Assembly: GCA_965223325.1 (NCBI GenBank)
Contig: CBDCWI010000002.1
Span: 3,840,001 to 3,904,000 of the forward strand
Direction: 5' to 3'
DNA from: Candidatus Multivoradales bacterium
Lineage (GTDB): Bacteria; Acidobacteriota; Thermoanaerobaculia; Multivoradales; Multivoraceae
DNA length: 64,000 nt
The notes below the pieces were generated by a model. That model was not told the origin of the DNA, did not search any database, and saw only the letters and a program-made list of their open reading frames with translations. Position numbers and translations under genes: made by a program. The first letter of the stretch is position 1; each line of letters opens with the position of its first letter. Below are positions 1 through 8,231 of the stretch, piece after piece.

Positions 1-1
1 T

Positions 2-886
2 CGTGCGCTCTGCGCTGTCACCCGAGAGTGGTTGGCGGCCCAGGACGAAGTACAGCCCATTGGTGTTTGTTTTTCGGGCGGCATCGACAGCGGTGCGGTC
101 CTCATGGCGCTCCATCACGAACTCTTGGAGAGCGGGCAGACCGCGCAACGCCTCAAGGCCTTCACGCTGCGGGTACATGGCGAAGACGGCACTGCCGGCA
201 CCGACGCGGAACAGGCGCTCGCGTTCCTCCGCCACGTCGATCTCGAGATGCTCGCCGAGGTGATCGATGTCGATGCCGCGACCCTTGACCCCTACCGCGC
301 GATCGATGTGATCGAAGACTACAAACCGCTCGATGTCGAGTGCGCCACCGTGTCGATGGCGCTGCTCGAAGAGATCCGCAACCGTTATCCCGAATGGCGC
401 CTACTGGTCGACGGCGACGGGGGTGACGAGAACCTCAAGGACTACCCCATCGAAGAAAACTCGGAGCTCACTATTCGGTCGGTGGTCGGCAACCGCATGC
501 TCTACCAGGAAGGGTGGGGGGTCGAAGCGGTGAAACACTCCTTGACGTATTCAGGCGGCATGAGTCGCGGCATGGTGCGCACCTGGGGCCCCCAACGCCA
601 CTTCGGCTTCCGTGGCTTCAGTCCCTTCACTCGGCCGCAGGTCATCGAAGTGGCCGAGGCGATTCCCTTCGATGCGCTCTCTGAGGGCTCGCACGAGCGT
701 CTCTACGCCCTCAAAGGTGAAGTCATCCGTCGCGGCATGAAACGAGTTCTGGAGGTGGACTTTCCGGTCTACGAGAAGCGCCGCTTTCAACACGGTGCCC
801 CCTCCGAGGGCGTGTTCGCCGAGGTGTTCGACGTCCCGCCCGAGACCTACCGGCGCTACTGGTTAGACGCGAAGCGTCCGGCTTGA
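2..886 (+). CDS. Asparagine synthase-like (PP-loop ATP pyrophosphatase / amide ligase) protein, 5'-truncated by window edge
   Basis: Frame is open from base 2 (RALCAVTREWLAAQ...). PP-loop GVCFSGGIDS; DGDGGDE resembles the Asn synthase SGEGADE motif; C-terminal SPF...K..IR...KRRFQHG. Stop overlaps the next start (TTGA). Confidence 0.8.
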   Translation, partial: RALCAVTREWLAAQDEVQPIGVCFSGGIDSGAVLMALHHELLESGQTAQRLKAFTLRVHGEDGTAGTDAEQALAFLRHVDLEMLAEVIDVDAATLDPYRAIDVIEDYKPLDVECATVSMALLEEIRNRYPEWRLLVDGDGGDENLKDYPIEENSELTIRSVVGNRMLYQEGWGVEAVKHSLTYSGGMSRGMVRTWGPQRHFGFRGFSPFTRPQVIEVAEAIPFDALSEGSHERLYALKGEVIRRGMKRVLEVDFPVYEKRRFQHGAPSEGVFAEVFDVPPETYRRYWLDAKRPA

Positions 887-1743
887 CCACCGCCGAGCCA
901 GGCAAGGTGGGCCGGCAAGCGCCCCTCGACGTCAAGTTCGAGTTCGAGAGGCAGCCGGAGGGAGCCGGCGAGGCGCCGGTGATGACGGTTTTCCTTGCCG
1001 GCGCGCGCTGCCCGCTGGCTTGCACCTACTGCGACCTCGAGCAGTACACGGTTGACCGGCCGACACCGCGGGGCTCGCTGCCGGCGCAGCTCGAGAACGC
1101 TTTGAGTCTCCACCGTGCCCGCCAGAGCTCCTTTGGTCTGCCGGCCGATACAGCAGTCAAGCTCTACAACGCCAGCAACTTCTTCGAGGCGCGGGCCGTG
1201 CCGGCGGGCGATGACGAAGAAATGCTGCGTCAGCTCGAGGGCTATCGACAGGCGATCGTCGAGTGCCATCCGAAGATGATTGGCGAGCGGGCGATCTCGG
1301 TGATCGCGGGTTCGCCGGTTCCGGTGCAGGTTGCGATGGGTCTCGAAACGAGTGATGCCGACCTTCTCCGCCGGCTCGACAAACGTGCCCGCCCCGAGGA
1401 CTTCAGAGCGGCAGCTGAACACCTTCACGCTGCGGGTGCCTCGCTGCGCGTGTTTCTCCTGGTAGGGCTGCCGGCCGCTTCGCGCGAGGAGATGACCGCA
1501 GGAGTGATGCGCTCGGTCGACTACGCGCTCGATCTCGGTGCCGAGGTAATTTCGTTGATTCCCTTACGGCCAACGACCGAAGCCATGCGTGCTGCGAGAA
1601 GAGCGGGTGAATTGCCACCGGTTGATCGGGGGCTACTCGACGAGCTCAGTGAGCAGGCCGCGGGGCGGGCCAAGGCGACGGGCGCGGTGGTGCTGGTCGA
1701 TCCCTGGGATCTCGATGAGGCGGCCGAAGGCGCCGATGCCTGA
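883..1743 (+). CDS. Radical SAM protein, TIGR01210/RaSEA (Elp3-like) type
   Basis: CxxxCxxC (CPLACTYC); KLYNASNFF, ECHP and MGLETSD motifs resemble the archaeal TIGR01210 family; no SPASM/twitch cysteines. Confidence 0.8.
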   Translation: MTTAEPGKVGRQAPLDVKFEFERQPEGAGEAPVMTVFLAGARCPLACTYCDLEQYTVDRPTPRGSLPAQLENALSLHRARQSSFGLPADTAVKLYNASNFFEARAVPAGDDEEMLRQLEGYRQAIVECHPKMIGERAISVIAGSPVPVQVAMGLETSDADLLRRLDKRARPEDFRAAAEHLHAAGASLRVFLLVGLPAASREEMTAGVMRSVDYALDLGAEVISLIPLRPTTEAMRAARRAGELPPVDRGLLDELSEQAAGRAKATGAVVLVDPWDLDEAAEGADA

Positions 1744-1751
1744 AGAAGCGC

Positions 1752-3365
1752 ATGCCCAAAGAGAAACAATGTGACGTAGCGATCGTGGGGGCCGGCTTCG
1801 CCGGGTCGCTCTTGGCGCGCCTGCTCGCGATCCAGGGGCGTGCTGTGGTGCTCATCGACTCCTCTACCACGATCTCTTCGGGCTTGAAGCTCGCTCTCGG
1901 TGAGTCGACGACTCCGCTCGCCAACCTGGCGCTCGAACGGCTCGCGCGGCGCTATGGCCAGGAAGACCTCTGGGACCTGGCAACCTACGGGCGGTGGAAG
2001 AAGCGACTGGCCCATCTCGGGGTTGGGCGCAAGCGCGGCTTCACCTTCTATTCGCACCGCGCCCAAGAGGACTGGCGCGCGGGTGTCGATGGGCGGTTGC
2101 TGGTTGCCGCGTCACCTGACGACGAGTCGTCAGATACCCAGTGGTGGAGGGCTGACGTCGACCGACACCTCTTCGAGCAGGCAGTCATCGCTGGAGTGCA
2201 CTCGATTGAGGGCACTCGCCTGCACTCGATCGAACCCTCGAAGTCTCGAGGCGAGGTCGCTAGTTCGCGGCTTATCCTCGAACGCGACGGGAGGGCGGTT
2301 CCGCCGGTTGCAGCACGGATCGTTGTCGATGCGAGCGGTGGTTCCGCTGCAGTCGCACGTCGCCTGGGAGCGGCGAGCCGAAACGTCGCCTCGCCGCCAA
2401 CCCGCCTCCATGCTGGCTGGTTCGAAGGAGTCTTGCCGTTCGAAGAGGCAGTTGCGACCGGTCGCCTGCCGACAGACCCTTACCGTGAAAGCGAAGCCGC
2501 GGTCCATCATCTGACGCCGATGGGTTGGTGCTACAGCTTGCGCTTCGATCACGGCGTCACCAGTGCCGGGTTCGTTGCGCGCTCGCCGGCCGCAGAGACT
2601 GCGGCTGCCAATGCATCTGCTTCGAGCGGGGTCGAGGAGTTCACGCGGAACCTGAGCCCCTACCCGTCCCTTCGTTCTTGTTTCCAGGGCGCGCGCGCGC
2701 TGGCGCCCCTCGTCTTGAGCAATGCTGTACCGCGACGCTTGGACCGCGTGGCGGGTGCCGGCTGGGTCGCCCTGCCGCACGTCTATGCATTCTTCGATCC
2801 GCTCTATTCAACCGGCATCGCATGGAGCCTGCGCGCCGTCGAGCGGCTTGCGTCTCTGCTGGGTGCGGGCGAGCTGTCGACAGACCCGTGTACGTTTGGT
2901 GCGTACGCGCGGTTGCTCGCATGCGAAGCCGACCACCTCGACGAGCTCAACGCCGGTGCGTGGAAGGTGCAGGGTGACTTTGCGCGGTTCGAGCATCACG
3001 CCCTGCTCTACTTCGCGGCCGCCAGCTTCTGTGAGAGCCGCGAACGCCTCGTCGATTTTCGCGGCGCCCAGGGCTGGGCGAAGCGCGGGTTCCTGGGAGC
3101 CGACGACACAGCGATTCGGTTGGCCGTCCGCGAGATGTTCACCGACCCACCGAGAGAGGCACAGGCCTACCGGGAGCGCATCAAGCAGTTGATCGAGCCC
3201 TTCGACGTCGTCGGGTGGCTTGATGCCGACCATCGTCGAGAGGTCTATCCGGCGCTGTTGGAGGCGGTGTTGGAACGCGCCGCGAAGCTCGGCCTGTCGC
3301 CGTCGGAGGCAGCGGCGCGTCGTGGCCGCATGGTGAGTGGTGACCTGATGCTTGAGGCAGAATGA
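1752..3365 (+). CDS. Flavin-dependent halogenase-family protein (tryptophan halogenase/PrnC-like)
   Basis: GAGFAG FAD motif, LGESTTP, RKRGF (candidate catalytic Lys), VDASG, GWCYSLRF (variant of WxWxIP), FFDPLYSTG (FxxPxxSxG). Confidence 0.75.
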   Translation: MPKEKQCDVAIVGAGFAGSLLARLLAIQGRAVVLIDSSTTISSGLKLALGESTTPLANLALERLARRYGQEDLWDLATYGRWKKRLAHLGVGRKRGFTFYSHRAQEDWRAGVDGRLLVAASPDDESSDTQWWRADVDRHLFEQAVIAGVHSIEGTRLHSIEPSKSRGEVASSRLILERDGRAVPPVAARIVVDASGGSAAVARRLGAASRNVASPPTRLHAGWFEGVLPFEEAVATGRLPTDPYRESEAAVHHLTPMGWCYSLRFDHGVTSAGFVARSPAAETAAANASASSGVEEFTRNLSPYPSLRSCFQGARALAPLVLSNAVPRRLDRVAGAGWVALPHVYAFFDPLYSTGIAWSLRAVERLASLLGAGELSTDPCTFGAYARLLACEADHLDELNAGAWKVQGDFARFEHHALLYFAAASFCESRERLVDFRGAQGWAKRGFLGADDTAIRLAVREMFTDPPREAQAYRERIKQLIEPFDVVGWLDADHRREVYPALLEAVLERAAKLGLSPSEAAARRGRMVSGDLMLEAE

Positions 3366-4186
3366 GCACCATGCAGAAGAGAAAGTGCCCGGTCCTTCTT
3401 GGACTCTTGGCGCTTCAACTCGTAGCGCTCGCGGTCTCAGGTTGCGGCCCTGGCGACGATTCCACGAGTCCTCTGCCTGAGTTGAGGATCCTGGCGGCTG
3501 CTTCTCTCGCCGACGTCGTGGGCGATCTGGTGGCGGCCTTCGAGTTGGAAAGCGAACGCTTTGCGGCGGAGGTGTCTTTTGCGGGCTCGAATTCTCTTGC
3601 CAGGCAGATCGTGGCCGGAGTTCCGGCCGACGTTTTCCTCTCGGCTGATGAGTTCTGGGCGCAGCACGTTGTCGCCGAAGGAGTCGCCGATTCCACCTCG
3701 CTCGAGCGCTTTGCGGGCAACCGATTGGTGGTCATCACGCCAGCCGAACAGCAGCTCGCCCATGAAGGCTGGCCCGAAGCCCTGCTCGAGGTCGAGCGCC
3801 TGGCACTGGCCGATCCCGAAGGTGTGCCCGCCGGTCGCTACGCACGCGCTTGGCTCGAGTCGCGAGGGCTCTGGGAACAGCTCGCTGAACGGGTCGTGCC
3901 CACGCTCGATGTTCGGGCGGCTCTCTACAGCGTCGCAAGCGGCAGTGTCGACGCCGGTCTTGTCTATGCCACCTCGGTGCGTACGGCTGGCATGTCGACA
4001 GATCGTGTGGCGGTTGTCTATGAGGTCACCGGTGACGCCGTTCCTGAGATCGGCTACTGGAGTGTGTTGGTTGCTGCATCCGGAGCGGGCAGCGACCAAC
4101 GCACGGCGCGGGCCTTTCAGCGCTTTCTCACCTCTCCAACCGGCCGCGACATCTTGAAGCGCCACGGCTTCGAGGGCGGTGTCTAG
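3362..4186 (+). CDS. modA: Molybdate ABC transporter substrate-binding lipoprotein
   Basis: Lipobox VSGC; AAASL, FAGSNSLARQI, ADVFLSAD, VPAGRYA, GLVYAT motifs. Confidence 0.92.
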   Translation: MSTMQKRKCPVLLGLLALQLVALAVSGCGPGDDSTSPLPELRILAAASLADVVGDLVAAFELESERFAAEVSFAGSNSLARQIVAGVPADVFLSADEFWAQHVVAEGVADSTSLERFAGNRLVVITPAEQQLAHEGWPEALLEVERLALADPEGVPAGRYARAWLESRGLWEQLAERVVPTLDVRAALYSVASGSVDAGLVYATSVRTAGMSTDRVAVVYEVTGDAVPEIGYWSVLVAASGAGSDQRTARAFQRFLTSPTGRDILKRHGFEGGV

Positions 4187-4918
4187 GTGGAAGGTACGTC
4201 ACTGCCCGGGTTTTGGCCGGTCCTTGTGCTCACCCTTCAAGTGGCGGCGCTGGCGACCGTGTTGGTTCTGGTGCCGGGCACCGCGCTGGCGTTCGCGCTC
4301 GCCCGTCGTGGTTGGCGAGGTCGCTCAGTGATCGAAGCCCTGGTGAATCTGCCCCTCGTCCTCCCACCGACGGCAACCGGCCTGGCGCTTCTCCTGTTGT
4401 TTTCTCGCCGTGGTCCGTTGGGGAGTTTCCTGCACGGGACTCTGGGGATCGACATCGCGTTCACTTTCTGGGCGGCCGTCCTGGCGGCGGCTGTGGTTGG
4501 GCTGCCACTCTACGTACGTTCCGTGAGAGGTGCGCTCGAGGAGCTCGATCCACGACTGGTGGGGATGGCGCGCTCGCTTGGCCACACACGTCGCTCGGCG
4601 CTCCTTCACGTTGAGCTGCCGCTGGCCTGGCGCGGTCTGGTGGCGGGATCGCTCATCACGTTCACGCGCGCTCTCGGTGAGTTCGGTGCGACGGTCTTGT
4701 TTGCGGGCAACATTCCAGGTCGCACACAGACGATTGCGTTGGCCCTCTTTCAACGCGTCCAGGTTGGTCGGGACCGTGAGGCGCTCATGCTCGCCGGCGT
4801 GGCGGCGCTCGTCGCGTTCGTCGTTCTGCTTATCGCGGAGCGCTTCGAACGCCGCCGCCTGGAGGGGCTCGACGACGGTGCGATCGTCTTTTCTAACCCT
4901 GTGGGAGAGCGGCGATGA
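4187..4918 (+). CDS. modB: Molybdate ABC transporter permease
   Basis: LPLVLPPT, FTRALGEFGAT, AGNIPGRTQT; hydrophobic helices. Confidence 0.93.
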   Translation: MEGTSLPGFWPVLVLTLQVAALATVLVLVPGTALAFALARRGWRGRSVIEALVNLPLVLPPTATGLALLLLFSRRGPLGSFLHGTLGIDIAFTFWAAVLAAAVVGLPLYVRSVRGALEELDPRLVGMARSLGHTRRSALLHVELPLAWRGLVAGSLITFTRALGEFGATVLFAGNIPGRTQTIALALFQRVQVGRDREALMLAGVAALVAFVVLLIAERFERRRLEGLDDGAIVFSNPVGERR

Positions 4919-6006
4919 GCGCCGGACCCGCGCATGAGCCCACTCCGGGGACGCTCGAGATCAACCTCAGCCTGCCCCTCGATCGCTTCGATCTCACTGT
5001 CGACGAGACCTTTTGTGGTGCCGCCGCCATTCTCGGGCCGAGCGGCGCCGGCAAGACCTCGTTACTCGAAGCGCTTGCCGGCCTGCGACGAGCGTCGGGC
5101 CGGGTCGCCTTTGCCGGCCAGGAGTGGCAGAACGACTCGATGTTTCTGGCTCCCGAACGGCGGTCGGTCGGCTACGTGCCACAAGACGCCCTCTTGATGC
5201 CGCACCTCTCCGTGCGCGCCAACCTCGGGTTCGCACAACCGGTCCGAGAAGTGACCGACGGGGGGTCTCTTGCCGACGTCGTCAGGCACCTGGGCCTCGA
5301 GCCACTGCTTGACCGTTCGCCTCGGCATCTCTCGGGAGGAGAACGCCGCCGCGTGGCCCTGGTGCGCGCTCTCGGGCGCCGCGCCTCGCTGCTCCTGCTC
5401 GACGAACCCACCGAAGGCCTCGACCCGGTCATGTCACGGCTGGTCGTTGGCGTTCTGCGCCGTCTGGCGCGTAGCGGGCAGGCGATGGTGGTCGTCACCC
5501 ATCGCCAAGACGTTGCCGAGGCCGTCACCGAACGCATCCTCAGGCTCGATCGCGGCCGCGTTGTCACCGACTCCGAAGCAACAGGTCTGCGTGGCGACGA
5601 GGTCCTGCTCCCCGGTCGTGTCGAGGCGCACGAACAAGACGACGGAATCACCCGGATCGCCCTCGAGCCCGCCGGCGGTAGCGAACCCCAAGAGGTCCGG
5701 ATTCCGCTCCATTCAGATCTAGAGCCCGGAGACGAAGTCGTGATCGCGATTCCCGCCCGCGACCTGATGGTCTCGATCGTAGAACCCAGTGGCCTTTCCG
5801 CCCGCAACGTCCAGCCAGCCGTCGTCGATGCCCTGGTGCCGAACGCCGCCAGCGACGAAGGCGCCGGATCACCAGCCGTCGACCTTACAGCCGGCCACTG
5901 GCGCGCCCGGCTGACCCACTCCGCGGTGCGCGAACTCGACCTCGCTCCAGGTAGAGAAGTCTGGTTGGTGAGCAAGAGCCATTCGTGGAGGGTGGTTTCG
6001 TCGTGA
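4915..6006 (+). CDS. modC: Molybdate ABC transporter ATP-binding protein
   Basis: Walker A GPSGAGKT, LSGGE, LLLLDEP; C-terminal TOBE-like region with LSARN. Confidence 0.9.
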   Translation: MSAGPAHEPTPGTLEINLSLPLDRFDLTVDETFCGAAAILGPSGAGKTSLLEALAGLRRASGRVAFAGQEWQNDSMFLAPERRSVGYVPQDALLMPHLSVRANLGFAQPVREVTDGGSLADVVRHLGLEPLLDRSPRHLSGGERRRVALVRALGRRASLLLLDEPTEGLDPVMSRLVVGVLRRLARSGQAMVVVTHRQDVAEAVTERILRLDRGRVVTDSEATGLRGDEVLLPGRVEAHEQDDGITRIALEPAGGSEPQEVRIPLHSDLEPGDEVVIAIPARDLMVSIVEPSGLSARNVQPAVVDALVPNAASDEGAGSPAVDLTAGHWRARLTHSAVRELDLAPGREVWLVSKSHSWRVVSS

Positions 6007-6149
6007 TGTTGTATGTGCTGGTCGCACCTCGTGTCAGAGGGCAGTATTCTCAGACCGCCTTCCCTCAATCGAGCCGACAAGAGACCGGAAGACTCATGGT
6101 GACGAAAAGCCGACAAGACATCGCTTCGCCTAGGGCCGGGTCTCGGATG

Positions 6150-6470
6150 AAACCACGCTTTGTCACCTTCGAGGGCATCGGCGGTTTCGATATCTCGACG
6201 CCGAGCCGCCCCTCCAAAGCGCGACCCGCAGGTGCATGGTCGTGAGAAAACCACGCTTTGTCACCTTCGAGGGCATCGGCGGTTTCGATATCTCGACGCC
6301 GAGCCGCCCCTCCAAAGCGCGACCCGCAGGTGCATGGTCGTGAGAAAACCACGCTTTGTCACCTTCGAGGGCATCGGCGGTTTCGATATCTCGACGCCGA
6401 GCCGCCCCTCCAAAGCGCGACCCGCAGGTGCATGGTCGTGAGAAAACCACGCTTTGTCACCTTCGAGGGC
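6150..6470 (+). repeat. Tandem direct repeat, 98-bp unit, 3 identical copies plus a 27-bp partial copy lying inside the tmk 5' end
   Basis: AAACCACGCTTTGTCACCTTCGAGGGC recurs at 6150, 6248, 6346 and 6444; the intervening 71 bp are identical in the three full copies. Confidence 0.97.
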
Positions 6471-7118
6471 CTCGATGGGAGCGGCAAGTCGACGCATTTG
6501 CGGCGTGTTCTCGAACGACTGCAAGCTGCCGGCGAGGCGGTGGTGGCGACGCAGGAACCGGGCGGTACGCCGTTGGGTGAAGGCATTCGGAGTCTTTTCT
6601 TGGATCGCAACCTCGGTGAGATCGATGGTCGAGTCGAGTTGATGCTGGTGTTTGCGAGCCGGCGGCAGCACATTGCCGAGGTCATCGAGCCGGCGCTGGC
6701 GGCCGGTCAGCATGTTCTCTGTGATCGCTTCACCGATTCGACGACGGCCTACCAGGGCTACGGGCGTGAGGTGCCGCTTGTGGACATCCGAACGATCGAT
6801 CAGATCGCCACCGGCGGCCGGGTGCCGGACCGAACGATCTTCTTCGATGTTCCGGCCACCACCGCGCGAGAACGCGGACAGTCGAAGGCGCGGCGCGCCG
6901 GGAAAGACGGTGGTGTCGACCGGATCGACGCCGAGGCACTCCAGTTCTACGAGAAGGTGCGTCGGGGGTATCTCGAGATCGCAGAGCGCAACGCGCACCG
7001 CTTTCGGCGGGTCGACTCGACCACCAGGCACGAGCGCACCGAGCGCGCGGTCGCCGAGGCGTTGGTCGACCTGTTTCCGTCGCTCGAACCATTCGCCCAA
7101 CCGGCGAGTCGTCGATGA
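6438..7118 (+). CDS. tmk: Thymidylate kinase (start GTG 6438 or ATG 6432; the longer ORF from 6258 is repeat read-through)
   Basis: FVTFEGLDGSGKST P-loop, TQEPGGT, CDRFTDSTTAYQG; followed by holB as is typical. Confidence 0.95.
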   Translation: MRKPRFVTFEGLDGSGKSTHLRRVLERLQAAGEAVVATQEPGGTPLGEGIRSLFLDRNLGEIDGRVELMLVFASRRQHIAEVIEPALAAGQHVLCDRFTDSTTAYQGYGREVPLVDIRTIDQIATGGRVPDRTIFFDVPATTARERGQSKARRAGKDGGVDRIDAEALQFYEKVRRGYLEIAERNAHRFRRVDSTTRHERTERAVAEALVDLFPSLEPFAQPASRR

Positions 7119-7987
7119 GCGAGTCGCGAGAAGACGGCGGTGCCCTCGCTCGCGTGTTGGACCAGACGCGCGCGGGGCGGCTGTACCCCGGTGTGATCCT
7201 GCACGGGGCTGACGATGAACGGCGGCTCGAGGCGGCGCGCGAGATCGCGCGCACCCTGCTTTGTGAAGTTGAGCCGAGCGAGCGCCCCTGCGGTGCCTGT
7301 CGCCAGTGCCGGCGGATCGTCCTGCCGAGCGATGACGACGACCGTTTCCATCCAGACTTCGTGGTTCTAGAGCGCGACCTGCGCACCTCCACCTCTGCCG
7401 ATGCGGTTCGCCGAATGCTGCGGGCGGTGCAACTCCGTCCGTTCGAGGGCCGGGGCCAGGTCTTCGTCGTGGCGAGCGCCGAAACGCTCACCGGTGGCGC
7501 CGCCAACGCCTTGCTGAAGAACCTCGAAGAGCCACCAACCACGGCGCCGCGCCACTTTCTCCTCTGTGCGCCCTCGGCCGTCGAACTCTTGCCGACCTTG
7601 CGCAGCCGCTCTTTGTCTGTTTACCTGGGCGGTGCCGATCGCGCTCTCGAAGAAGATGCCGTCGCCAGCCTCGTCTGGGAGCTGGCGACCTGTATCGACG
7701 GGTACGCTTCTACTGGCTCGGCGAGCTATCTCTTGGCCATGTCGCGCGCCGCGCACTCTGCGACGCGTTGGGACGATCCGCGCGCGATGGCGCCCTGGAA
7801 TCTGGTCGCTGCGGCGGTTCTTCGTCTCGGCCGCGATCAGAATCGATCGCCGGCCCTGCGCCGCGCCCTGCTCGAGCTTTCCGAGGCGCTGCTCGAAGCG
7901 ATCGATCAAAGGGTGCGTGGAGTTCCGGCGCAGCGGATCCTCGATGGTGCGATCAGTCGCTGTCTCTCGCCGGTTCGACCTGCTTGA
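7115..7987 (+). CDS. holB: DNA polymerase III subunit delta'
   Basis: PCGACRQC zinc motif, HPDF, AANALLKNLEEP, LLPTLRSR; downstream of tmk. Confidence 0.88.
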   Translation: MSESREDGGALARVLDQTRAGRLYPGVILHGADDERRLEAAREIARTLLCEVEPSERPCGACRQCRRIVLPSDDDDRFHPDFVVLERDLRTSTSADAVRRMLRAVQLRPFEGRGQVFVVASAETLTGGAANALLKNLEEPPTTAPRHFLLCAPSAVELLPTLRSRSLSVYLGGADRALEEDAVASLVWELATCIDGYASTGSASYLLAMSRAAHSATRWDDPRAMAPWNLVAAAVLRLGRDQNRSPALRRALLELSEALLEAIDQRVRGVPAQRILDGAISRCLSPVRPA

Positions 7988-8231
7988 GTGGCACTGCTGG
8001 GCGTCAAGATCCCTTTCTGTTGGAACAATCGCGGTGATCTGTAGTTGATACGATCGCGAACCGCGGCTCAGAGTCCCCTGCTCGGGCTCCGGCGCGCCTC
8101 CCCAGCCGCACCAGTGCGGTTGGCGTGATGCCAGCCCGGTGAAAGTCGCCCCACCTTTACGAGTCCCCAATCAAGACAGGACCGGGCCGTTGATTCGATG
8201 CCCGCTTTCCGTTTCTCTCAGGAGTTTCTTC

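Noticed and set aside
2-886. Lasso peptide cyclase or QueC call
   Set aside because: No precursor, RRE or transglutaminase-like peptidase is visible and there are no QueC zinc cysteines; only the general PP-loop fold is supported.
6258-6437. N-terminal extension of Tmk in the ORF track
   Set aside because: It is an off-frame reading of the repeat; Tmk homology starts at RKPRFVTFEGLDG.
6150-6470. CRISPR array or MITE interpretation of the 98-bp repeat
   Set aside because: Units are identical end to end with no unique spacers, no cas genes are present, and I saw no terminal inverted repeats.
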